From the IMG/VR virus record IMGVR_UViG_3300020473_000011, positions 1 to 64,000 of that record: a DNA stretch of 64,000 nt. One strand, given 5' to 3'. The number at the start of each line of letters is the position of its first letter. Within the stretch, counting starts at the first letter, position 1. The notes under the pieces were generated by a model. The model had not been told where the DNA came from. It was given only the letters and a program-made list of their open reading frames with translations, and searched no databases. A program made the position numbers and the translations under genes. Below are positions 31,223 through 39,038 of the stretch, piece by piece.

Positions 31223-31295
31223 TTTGTAATCTATTGCGCCACAAGGGTTTTGGAGATATACTAGCGGTATCTTTGTGGGATTAGAAAACTTCTAA

Positions 31296-32876
31296 TTGTT
31301 AACTAGTTTGTCACTCATGGTGGCAGAGGATCTGAGAATGACCAGACGACAGAAAAGAGATTTTTCAAACGCTCTTGGTATGAGTGATACAACTCAACCT
31401 ACTAATGAAAGTGCAAGTAAATCACGTCGAAGAAAACGTAGAGACTACTCACAAGTAACTAGTGATGGAAAATCAACAAGTAAGCTTTCGGGCACCCTAT
31501 CACTTAGCAAGGGTGGCTCTGTCGTGGACATTGCAGACCGTGCCGCCGAAACAAAACGTAAACAGTCTAAATTGTCACCCGCCGAAGCTCGTGCTTTAAA
31601 ATTAAAAGAAGCTGAGCGTCATACGAGTGAGCGTCGCGAGAACTTTGAACTACTAGACCCTAAGCGCTACGTGACAGCCGACAACAATATCTGGATTGGC
31701 AAAGAGGACTGGGCTGACCTCAAAAAGCGATATAACAACAGCGATGAACGCTCGCGTTTAATCCGTCTTCTTGAAGGTATCGTCATTGACCATAAGATGT
31801 CATTACCTACACGTGAAGTTTCACGTGATGCAGCATGGGAAAGCTTTTTGGAGCTAAAGCGCGCAGACTCAGCGCCGTTTATGGCAGGTGCACGTACGGA
31901 CTCACGCTTTACGTATAAGCAGCCTTTAGGTATGCTGACGGTTCTTGCTAATAACGTTGGCAACTTCACAGGTGATTACTTTTATCAGGACATCCGTTGG
32001 ACATGCCGTGGAAGTTTCGCTGATTCACCAGCTGAAAGCTGGAAGGACAGAAAGGCGCTTCGCTCAATATTTCACCGACTGATCGATGATGAGGCCGATA
32101 TGGTCTCGCGTGATACGTTACGAAAGTTCATGGGCGTACGTCAGTACATACCGACACCAGACCGCCCGTTTGTAGCTAAGGCACTGCTTGATTACTTCAA
32201 GCCTGATTCTGTACTTGATTTGAGTGTGGGCTGGGGTTCGCGCTTGCTCGGTTTTGAGGCTGCTGAGCATCCAACGGAATACCATGGAATCGACCCTGAT
32301 CAACGTATCGTAGAGGCAAGTAGAAAGCTTGATAAATTCTGCCGTCAAACTCGAAAGAACGTGAATATCTATAAGGAAGCTGCCGAAGATTTCGCATACG
32401 AGATCATAGACCCTGTTGACATGATCATGTTTGCACCGCCTCCATATAACAATGAGCGTTATTCTAAAGACGATACGCAGGCTTATATACGCTACCCAAC
32501 TGTCGACGAGTTTCTAGATAACTTCCTGAAAACGACGCTTGTTAAGGCTTGGGAAAGCTTAAAGGTCGGTGGTACGCTGGTTGTTGAACTAGGCGACTTG
32601 AAAGCGCCTAAGTTTGATGACTTCGGTGGACGTACTGGTGGACGCTATAGACTAGTAGAGCCTTTAATGAGCATTATTAAGAGAGAACTGGACGGCGCTG
32701 AGTACATGGGAACTATCGGGTCAGGTATTGCAAGTAACAAGCCTTCAAGCAAGCTCGACACAACTCTTCGAGGTGACCCGATCTGGGTTTTCAAAAAGAA
32801 AGGCTCGCAACGTGTGGCGTCTATTCTCTTTGGTAACAAGATGGCATCGGAAGTTTACTCAAATTTGAACCCATAG
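31296..32876 (+). CDS. Amino (N6-A/N4-C) DNA methyltransferase, orphan
   Basis: VLDLSVGWGSRLLG, YHGIDP, FAPPPYNNERY; start probably ATG 31338. Confidence 0.8.
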   Translation: MLTSLSLMVAEDLRMTRRQKRDFSNALGMSDTTQPTNESASKSRRRKRRDYSQVTSDGKSTSKLSGTLSLSKGGSVVDIADRAAETKRKQSKLSPAEARALKLKEAERHTSERRENFELLDPKRYVTADNNIWIGKEDWADLKKRYNNSDERSRLIRLLEGIVIDHKMSLPTREVSRDAAWESFLELKRADSAPFMAGARTDSRFTYKQPLGMLTVLANNVGNFTGDYFYQDIRWTCRGSFADSPAESWKDRKALRSIFHRLIDDEADMVSRDTLRKFMGVRQYIPTPDRPFVAKALLDYFKPDSVLDLSVGWGSRLLGFEAAEHPTEYHGIDPDQRIVEASRKLDKFCRQTRKNVNIYKEAAEDFAYEIIDPVDMIMFAPPPYNNERYSKDDTQAYIRYPTVDEFLDNFLKTTLVKAWESLKVGGTLVVELGDLKAPKFDDFGGRTGGRYRLVEPLMSIIKRELDGAEYMGTIGSGIASNKPSSKLDTTLRGDPIWVFKKKGSQRVASILFGNKMASEVYSNLNP

Positions 32877-32912
32877 CGCTAGAATCTACTGGGTATCACT
32901 ATTAGTTTAATA

Positions 32913-32935
32913 AGGGCGTGAAAGCGCCCTTTTTT
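32913..32935 (+). terminator. Intrinsic terminator
   Basis: AGGGCGT-GAAA-GCGCCCT followed by a T-run. Confidence 0.8.
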
Positions 32936-32988
32936 ACGTGCGCTGTACAGCAAATCGCGCCCACTTGTACAATAAACTCACCTAAACA

Positions 32989-33049
32989 GCTGCACTGCAA
33001 CCACTTATAGAAAATAATCGTTGTACAACGATATTGTTATTGCTATACT
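32989..33049 (+). promoter_or_regulatory. Regulon promoter module
   Basis: CTGCACTGCAA box, perfect ATCGTTGTACAACGAT, TTGTAC-17-TATACT. Confidence 0.75.
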
Positions 33050-33082
33050 CAATGCGTACTAAGAAAAACCGATTGAGACTAT

Positions 33083-33340
33083 GTGATGACCACCCTTACG
33101 ACCGATGAATTGTTAGCCCGTTTTAGAATCCAACCAGCGCCTATTAAGAATGACGAAGGTGATGCAATAACACTAGCCGAGTTCCTAGCTGAACAAGCCC
33201 TAAAGAAAGAGCTTGCCCGTGAGGAAATGAAACGCCGTGTTAAGGCTGCTCGTGCTGCAAAAGCTCCCGTGCGTGCCCGTGTAGCTTTCATTAAAGCTAG
33301 GCTACAAATTGCTGAAATGCGTAAACAAAAGGCTGCATAA
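33083..33340 (+). CDS. Small basic helical protein
   Basis: ORF directly after the promoter module. Confidence 0.65.
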   Translation: MMTTLTTDELLARFRIQPAPIKNDEGDAITLAEFLAEQALKKELAREEMKRRVKAARAAKAPVRARVAFIKARLQIAEMRKQKAA

Positions 33341-33345
33341 TTCTA

Positions 33346-33933
33346 ATGTCCGATACTCAATCTAACGATTATTTAAGTACCCCTGTTAGCTGGCCATTGC
33401 TCTACCGCATGGTCAGTGTCTTTGAGCAGCATAAAGCCCGCATCATTATTGATAGGCCACGGGAGCTAAATGCCAGCGGTCGTGAGATAACGAACTCCCG
33501 CAGCTACCGTCGTTCAGGTGGTCGTACGACATACAAAGCAACCATGTTACCAGATGACATCTACCGAGCTTGGAACTACTTCACCTGTAATGCGAAGAAA
33601 ATAAACCAGTTCCTTTACCGCAATGGTGCTGTAAATGCTGCGAAAGCCGTATTTGTATTTATGAATGTTAAGCTCAATTCGAAGGATCGTGCTGCCCGCG
33701 CGCGTGCTAAGCGTGAGAGTCTTTTTAAGGGACGTTACTATGGCTCTTTCGTAACGGAGATCATCACTAAAACTCTTGAGTCTAAGTTGGGATCCCGATT
33801 CGATGTGCTTATTGAGCACACGCCAGATCGCTATCTATTCGAGGTTATTGGCCACGCGAGTGCACGCGCGGTAATGCACGACCTGAAAGAACCGCTAGCG
33901 CTCAAGACACTAGCAGTGCAGTTTATCAAGTAA
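33346..33933 (+). CDS. Hypothetical basic protein
   Basis: 195-aa ORF. Confidence 0.65.
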   Translation: MSDTQSNDYLSTPVSWPLLYRMVSVFEQHKARIIIDRPRELNASGREITNSRSYRRSGGRTTYKATMLPDDIYRAWNYFTCNAKKINQFLYRNGAVNAAKAVFVFMNVKLNSKDRAARARAKRESLFKGRYYGSFVTEIITKTLESKLGSRFDVLIEHTPDRYLFEVIGHASARAVMHDLKEPLALKTLAVQFIK

Positions 33934-33935
33934 CC

Positions 33936-34604
33936 TTAGTTGCAGTCGGCGCAGCCCCAGTTGTTAAACGGATTCTCGACTAGCTCCGCATTGTAATAAC
34001 GGCGGTCTTGTGTCACCTTTTTGGTAAGGCCGTCAATTAATGGGAAGTCAGTGTCTTCCGTCTCGATTTCAGCAAGGCATAAGCCTTCATTTTTGTCTAA
34101 GAAAATATCAATTTCCCACAGGTAGCCCGAGTACTCAAACAAGTGACGGACTTTACTAATCCGTGCTGTAAGCGTCTCGTATATGGCCTCAGCGGACGTG
34201 ATTGGTATTGATGTTTCGTATTCTCTTCGGCTCGCGCCTGCTATGCGTTCTTTAAAGCAGAAGATTGCCTCAGCTTCGTCGATAATACGAATGCGAAGTG
34301 CCCACGAGGATGAGTCTACTTTGAAAAGTGCTTGTTCCTGACAGACCAAATCAACGCCGTCACAGGCCATCATTTCTTTGACATCTTTGGGGTCAATTGG
34401 GAAGGCAGTACTTGATGTATTTATACGACTCTTAACGAGTACAAAGCCCTGACCGTTCTTGTCTAACCCAAGCAGGACATCCCAGTCAGACTGCTCATTG
34501 ATGTAGGCTTGGCTTAATGTGTGACGCTCTTTGCAGTGCTCGCGGTACTTTTCATTGAATATGTTTACATCCATTACAAATTTTTCTTCGGTCTCTATGG
34601 CCAT
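33936..34604 (-). CDS. CYTH domain protein
   Basis: IETEEKF (ExExK), LRIRI, EYE, WEIDIF..NEGL..AEIE. Confidence 0.9.
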   Translation of the reverse strand: MAIETEEKFVMDVNIFNEKYREHCKERHTLSQAYINEQSDWDVLLGLDKNGQGFVLVKSRINTSSTAFPIDPKDVKEMMACDGVDLVCQEQALFKVDSSSWALRIRIIDEAEAIFCFKERIAGASRREYETSIPITSAEAIYETLTARISKVRHLFEYSGYLWEIDIFLDKNEGLCLAEIETEDTDFPLIDGLTKKVTQDRRYYNAELVENPFNNWGCADCN

Positions 34605-34728
34605 TAGTCACCCTCGTCTGGTAGTACTTAATATCTGTGTATCTTGGTTTCCTAGCGACTATGCACCAATGAGGTTGCCTTAGCAATAGGTATGCTGTGC
34701 AGGCTGACCTGCATATCTTTTCAAAAGT

Positions 34729-34789
34729 GCTGCACCGTAAGGCTTTACATTAAATATCGTTGTACAATGATGTGCTTTGTTGTTATAGT
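34729..34789 (+). promoter_or_regulatory. Regulon promoter module
   Basis: CTGCACCGTAA box, ATCGTTGTACAATGAT, TTGTAC-18-TATAGT. Confidence 0.7.
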
Positions 34790-34822
34790 AGGCTCACTAA
34801 CCGATACAAATGAGACCCGATA

Positions 34823-35125
34823 ATGACCCAAGCTAAAAATACCAACTTTATATGGAAGCCTGCTCGAATCTTTACGCAGTTGCCAACCGAAGGCTTTGTA
34901 CACGTCATCTTGTCAGACGACAAAACCGAGTTATGCTGTGATGTGGTCGAGCTTGACGAAAAGCGTGGTGAACTTGAGGTACTAATGTTTGCTGCCGTTG
35001 ACGCGGCCTACCAAGCCGAGTTCTTACAAGGTCAGCACCGTGCAATTGATGACGAATACCGCTTTACAGTGCAGCTGCTAAAAGAAATCGAAGACGACGA
35101 AAAAGCGGCAGCAAAAAAGGCTTAA
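34823..35125 (+). CDS. Hypothetical protein
   Basis: ORF after the promoter module. Confidence 0.65.
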   Translation: MTQAKNTNFIWKPARIFTQLPTEGFVHVILSDDKTELCCDVVELDEKRGELEVLMFAAVDAAYQAEFLQGQHRAIDDEYRFTVQLLKEIEDDEKAAAKKA

Positions 35126-35203
35126 TTGGTTTATACTCTCGTTCAAATTGATGACTAAGCCCGCGCGAAGAACGCAGGTGTAGAAAAAATAATTGGAGTA
35201 CCC

Positions 35204-36094
35204 ATGCAAATTGATAACTTTGGAAGTTCGTGTGAGCTTTTCGAGCATTATGCTTTATTAGCTGGTGATAGCAGTCTTGATGTAGAAGCTATGGCCAGAC
35301 AACATGCACACATGGTGGGCTTTCAAAGCCTTGAAGAGTATGTCACATATCTCGATAGCGCTGAGAATCAAGTACCTCAATTGACTTTTGCTTTTGCTGG
35401 CCGAGAAATCGCAGACATTACTGTGGAGCTTACAAATGTAAAGGGCGACATAACACGAGATCCACATTCGTTTGACGTTGACCTTAATGAGGCTGTTAGC
35501 TTCTGTTTAACCTCATCACGCTGGGGCGGCACTAAGCTAGCCTTTAAGACGCTTGATGTAGTCCAAGCGCTGATACCATACCTGAGTGACGCACACTACG
35601 AGTTACACCCTCAGCTACTGGCCGACCGCGAAAAGTGGACGGGCGCAGCCCTGTTCTTCGATGCAAGCTTTAAAAATGTTATCGCTGAGCACAACTCACC
35701 TAATTTTGCTTTCACGGTCACTCATTGGTTAGGAAGTAGTGCCGACTTGGCCTTCCCTGAAAGTACAAACCCAGTACAACAAATGGTTGACTTCTCAGAC
35801 CAACTACTAGGTAATGCAGCTGCTCATGCCCTTGAGGTTATGATGGGCTACCTGCGCAATAACGATCAGGTGAAGATCCATACAGCAGACGACTTGCGCC
35901 GTGAACTGATGGCTAGTCTAACTGATAGTAATATACAGCGAATTGCAGTATCGACTATTTCGGGTTTATACCTGAGCTTCTTATCAGTACCTATGACCGA
36001 TGATGAAGCCGAGGCTATGGTACAAACGGCTCTGAAAGAAGAAAAACCAAAACTAAGCTTAGTACATTCGTCGGACAGTACGGTTCGTCATTAA
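35204..36094 (+). CDS. Hypothetical protein
   Basis: 296-aa ORF with GGAG SD. Confidence 0.7.
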   Translation: MQIDNFGSSCELFEHYALLAGDSSLDVEAMARQHAHMVGFQSLEEYVTYLDSAENQVPQLTFAFAGREIADITVELTNVKGDITRDPHSFDVDLNEAVSFCLTSSRWGGTKLAFKTLDVVQALIPYLSDAHYELHPQLLADREKWTGAALFFDASFKNVIAEHNSPNFAFTVTHWLGSSADLAFPESTNPVQQMVDFSDQLLGNAAAHALEVMMGYLRNNDQVKIHTADDLRRELMASLTDSNIQRIAVSTISGLYLSFLSVPMTDDEAEAMVQTALKEEKPKLSLVHSSDSTVRH

Positions 36095-36141
36095 TCAACG
36101 CAAAGGGCATCATGTTATGCCCTAACTAAAAGAAGGCATCT

Positions 36142-36312
36142 ATGACAACAATCTCAAAGCGTTTGAACAGCCGACGTCAGCGCATGCTCGGAATAAGCCA
36201 ACGTCGCAACAGAAGGCAGCAACTAGCCGCTAAGCGTGGTAAGCGTCAGTCACTACAACGCTATCGTGCATTCGAGGCTCGCGCTCATCAAGAAGCTTTA
36301 AGCGCTCAGTAA
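36142..36312 (+). CDS. 56-aa arginine-rich small protein (not in ORF track)
   Basis: MTTISKRLNSRRQRMLGISQRRNRRQQLAAKRGKRQSLQRYRAFEARAHQEALSAQ; AAGG SD. Confidence 0.6.
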   Translation: MTTISKRLNSRRQRMLGISQRRNRRQQLAAKRGKRQSLQRYRAFEARAHQEALSAQ

Positions 36313-36692
36313 AGCCCCCTGAGTATTTCATCGGCGGACTGGTCACGCTTTAAAAGTATGGCATGCGCTCGGTCACGTAACTCAGTCCATTCGGTCAAGT
36401 CGGAATAAGCACAAGTTGTACGTAGCACTGTCACAAGCGCTAAATCTGAGAGCCTAGCCTCATCGACTGAGCTTAGGATAAGTGCAAGTACTTCTTTTGC
36501 GGCTGGACTTGCCTGCACAAGAGGTGTTGCACTGAAAGATGGCAGCACCAAGCCTGCAACGTCTCTCAAAGCCTCCATAAGCGGTCTAATATCTTTTGCT
36601 GACTTAATATCAGCGCCTCTCTTGTAATAGTCATCTAGCACAGCTGCAACAGTATCGTACGCTGCGGAAACCATCACGGCATTATCTTTCAT
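36306..36692 (-). CDS. Hypothetical protein
   Basis: 128-aa ORF with AGGA SD. Confidence 0.6.
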   Translation of the reverse strand: MKDNAVMVSAAYDTVAAVLDDYYKRGADIKSAKDIRPLMEALRDVAGLVLPSFSATPLVQASPAAKEVLALILSSVDEARLSDLALVTVLRTTCAYSDLTEWTELRDRAHAILLKRDQSADEILRGLY

Positions 36693-36705
36693 AAGACGTT
36701 CCTAT

Positions 36706-36730
36706 AAAAAAGGCTACCCATTGGTAGCCT
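36706..36730 (-). terminator. Intrinsic terminator after the Ser/Cys peptide genes
   Basis: AGGCTACC-loop-GGTAGCCT followed by a T-run on the minus strand. Confidence 0.75.
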
Positions 36731-36755
36731 AAAGTATTAACTTTTGGTCAGCAGT

Positions 36756-36935
36756 TTAGCACGAGCTGCTACAAGAGCTTGAGCTGCATGAACTACATGA
36801 GCTGCATGAACTGCACGAGCTACAGCTGCCACCGCCACCACCTGAGCCGCCGCGACGCTTACGTTTGTTTGACATGTTTAGAGCTGCTTTGTAGGTAAAG
36901 CGCTTGTGCCTTGTACATTTACTTAATTGACGCAT
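36756..36935 (-). CDS. 59-aa Gly/Ser/Cys-rich precursor-like peptide 2
   Basis: MRQLSKCTRHKRFTYKAALNMSNKRKRRGGSGGGGGSCSSCSSCSSCSSCSSSSCSSSC; GGGGAG SD. Confidence 0.8.
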   Translation of the reverse strand: MRQLSKCTRHKRFTYKAALNMSNKRKRRGGSGGGGGSCSSCSSCSSCSSCSSSSCSSSC

Positions 36936-36954
36936 AGTATGACTCCCCTTTTTC

Positions 36955-37098
36955 TTAACACGAACTACTGCAAGAGCTACAAGAACTACAGCTACTGCCA
37001 CCACCGCCACTTGAGCCACCACGGCGTCGGCGTGACATATTTAGCGTACCCTTGTAGGCACTTCGATGGTTTTTAAGGTGTGTCTTTAAAGTCTTCAT
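36955..37098 (-). CDS. 47-aa Gly/Ser/Cys-rich precursor-like peptide 1 (not in ORF track)
   Basis: MKTLKTHLKNHRSAYKGTLNMSRRRRGGSSGGGGSSCSSCSSCSSSC; GAGGG SD; paralog of peptide 2. Confidence 0.8.
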   Translation of the reverse strand: MKTLKTHLKNHRSAYKGTLNMSRRRRGGSSGGGGSSCSSCSSCSSSC

Positions 37099-37111
37099 AG
37101 AGTGAACCCTC

Positions 37112-37615
37112 TTAGTTTAGCACTTTGTGCAATTTAAGCTGCTCCCACATGTCGCTAGTATCGACTAGCAACTCGTCAGGCAGTAATGAATCCATAGCGA
37201 AAAGTAGTGGTAGCTCGTCGGAACCGCAGGGTATTTCTTCACGTTGCGCGCAAAGGTAAAAGGTGCGAAGCGTCATGACTTCCATCGGCTCAGTTTGGGT
37301 ACCTGTGGAAGTCTTGAACTGCGCTTCTATCTCAGGTACGTGATCAACAAAGCGGCCTACTACGTTAAACAACTCGCGATAGTCTTTCGAGAATAAGAGG
37401 TACGCATGCCATAGCTCATCAACCAACTTTGATGGCATGCCGCATGGCTTTTGCGATTCAAGGCTGACAATGAAGTAGTCGATCAGGGCTTGGCCGCACA
37501 TTTCGACGTCTTGTTCGGTCAGCTCAACACTGAACTTAGTTTCAGCCTCTTTCTTGAAGCGTGCCAGTACATAGGGTGGAACTGTATGACCTTCTAAATA
37601 GCTCAGGTTCATCAT
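37112..37615 (-). CDS. Glycine-rich-domain-protein (GRDP/DUF1399-like) core domain
   Basis: MPSKLVDELWHAYLL..KDY...GRFVDHVP motif. Confidence 0.7.
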   Translation of the reverse strand: MMNLSYLEGHTVPPYVLARFKKEAETKFSVELTEQDVEMCGQALIDYFIVSLESQKPCGMPSKLVDELWHAYLLFSKDYRELFNVVGRFVDHVPEIEAQFKTSTGTQTEPMEVMTLRTFYLCAQREEIPCGSDELPLLFAMDSLLPDELLVDTSDMWEQLKLHKVLN

Positions 37616-37763
37616 GTTATTTCTCAGTCTCGTTTATGTACTCATCCTACCAACGCACCATTGGCTTTGCAACTTGTTGCTAAAATCCCCGACCTAGCTG
37701 TATAATTACGTCAAAGGCGCGACTGCCCTATTCCACTGCAACACTAAGAGAACCGAGATAATT

Positions 37764-38288
37764 ATGAATTATCGAGTAAATACGGATTCTGCGCGCCCTC
37801 AGCCCTTTCCACCCCATGGTAGGATTTCTGTAGAGGTTCACGGTACCAATAATGACCTAATCCATGTCAAATGCTTCGGCGCTTTCAATAAAGAAACAAT
37901 GCTAGCCTTAGTCGACATACAACAGCGCTATCGTGATTTATTGTGCCCCAAACGCTACGTGATCGTAGAGTTCATAGACACATGTTTAGCGCTGCCTGAG
38001 TTTTTTGCTGAGGCCACACGTCATCATAAAGAATTGGTTTCCCGTGGCCAGTCCTCAAAGGCCGTTGCTTATGTTATGCGCAAAGGTATCGAGGGTAAGT
38101 CCATGATGAAAGGCTTTTACTTGGGGGTCTATAAAGACGCTGGGATCCCAGTAGTCGTTACTGAGACCGTAGACGAAGCCCGCCAGTGGCTTAAAGAAAA
38201 AGGGCTGGGATCAGCCCAAACTAATGAGAATTGGAGCACACTCGCGGAATCGAACCGCGCTCATGCTGCTTTGCAGGCAGCCACCTAA
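37764..38288 (+). CDS. STAS/SEC14-like hypothetical protein
   Basis: Small alpha/beta pattern ending TVDEARQWL; 3' end overlaps tRNA-Cys antisense. Confidence 0.55.
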   Translation: MNYRVNTDSARPQPFPPHGRISVEVHGTNNDLIHVKCFGAFNKETMLALVDIQQRYRDLLCPKRYVIVEFIDTCLALPEFFAEATRHHKELVSRGQSSKAVAYVMRKGIEGKSMMKGFYLGVYKDAGIPVVVTETVDEARQWLKEKGLGSAQTNENWSTLAESNRAHAALQAAT

Positions 38289-38306
38289 CCACTCAGACAA
38301 GTGTGC
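38232..38306 (-). tRNA. tRNA-Cys(GCA)
   Basis: GCACACT/AGTGTGC acceptor, GCTGC-CT GCA AA-GCAGC anticodon arm, U73, encoded CCA. Confidence 0.95.
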
Positions 38307-38325
38307 GTTGTACAATGAATTAAGT

Positions 38326-38401
38326 TGGCAGGGGCTATAGGACTTGAACCTACAACCTTCGGAGTTGGAAACCGCTGCTCTCCCAATTGAGCTAAGCCCC
38401 T
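38326..38401 (-). tRNA. tRNA-Trp(CCA)
   Basis: AGGGGCT/AGCCCCT acceptor, G73, CCA; anticodon arm GCGGT-TT CCA AC-TCCGA. Confidence 0.93.
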
Positions 38402-38412
38402 GCAATGAAAAG

Positions 38413-38496
38413 TGGTACGGGTAGCGAGGATCGAACTCGCAAGGACATACCGACAGAATTTAAACCTGCTGCGTTTACCAGTTTCGCCATACCCGT
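38413..38496 (-). tRNA. tRNA-Leu(TAA)
   Basis: ACGGGTA/TACCCGT acceptor, A73, long variable region, GCAGG-TT TAA AT-TCTGT. Confidence 0.92.
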
Positions 38497-38502
38497 ATTG
38501 TT

Positions 38503-38590
38503 TGGTGGATAGCCTTGGACTCGAACCAAGAAGCCCTTTAAGGGAGCGGGGTTACAGCCCGCGACGCTACCAATTACGCTCTAACTATCC
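38503..38590 (-). tRNA. tRNA-Tyr(GTA) copy 2
   Basis: GGATAGT/GCTATCC acceptor, GCGGG-CT GTA AC-CCCGC, long variable arm, CCA. Confidence 0.92.
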
Positions 38591-38599
38591 AATAATGTT

Positions 38600-38677
38600 T
38601 GGTGGACACTGGCCAGATTCGAACTGCCGACACTCGGAACTTCAACCCGATGCTCTAACCAACTGAGCTAAGTGTCC
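38600..38677 (-). tRNA. tRNA-Phe(GAA)
   Basis: GGACACT/AGTGTCC acceptor, TCGGG-TT GAA GT-TCCGA, CCA; one extra G in the T-stem. Confidence 0.9.
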
Positions 38678-38687
38678 ACACTAAAAG

Positions 38688-38776
38688 TGGTGGATGAGGT
38701 AAGACTCGAACTTACAAAACCCTAAAGGGCAACGGGGTTACAGCCCGCGACGCTACCAATTACGTGTTACTCATCC
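38688..38776 (-). tRNA. tRNA-Tyr(GTA) copy 1
   Basis: GGATGAG/CTCATCC acceptor, GCGGG-CT GTA AC-CCCGT, long variable arm, CCA. Confidence 0.92.
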
Positions 38777-38790
38777 AAAAAATCTTTGTA

Positions 38791-39009
38791 CTACTCTACG
38801 TTGAGGCGTTCACCGTTCGGTAGTACAAGGGATAGCTCCACATGCCCACCAAGTGCCTCGACGTAAGCTGCCAGTTTAGTCACAGACAACTGTTTAATTT
38901 CCTTGCCTTCAAGTTTGCTGACACTTGAATCGCTAACCCGCATTTGAGCGGCAATGACCTCTTGCTTTACTTTTAGCTCTTTTCTGAGGTCTTTTAGATT
39001 AGGTTGCAT
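38791..39009 (-). CDS. XRE-family HTH protein (HigA-antitoxin-like)
   Basis: LKDLRKEL..KQEVIA..M.VSDSSVSKLE...LAAYVEALGGHVEL. Confidence 0.85.
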   Translation of the reverse strand: MQPNLKDLRKELKVKQEVIAAQMRVSDSSVSKLEGKEIKQLSVTKLAAYVEALGGHVELSLVLPNGERLNVE

Positions 39010-39038
39010 TTTGGTGTTCCTACTATGCGTAGGGCATT

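Noticed and set aside
31296-32876. Complete restriction-modification system
   Set aside because: No adjacent endonuclease was recognised, and a terminator follows the methyltransferase.
36756-37022. 88-aa ORF with a hydrophobic VAVV N-terminus as a signal peptide
   Set aside because: That segment is an out-of-frame reading of the upstream Gly/Ser/Cys peptide gene; the SD-supported start is 36935.
38413-38496. Ochre suppressor tRNA
   Set aside because: Anticodon UAA reads UUA (Leu); an ochre suppressor would need anticodon UUA.
38211-38666. Track ORFs 38211-38405 (-) and 38412-38666 (+)
   Set aside because: They lie on tRNA genes and are shadow frames.
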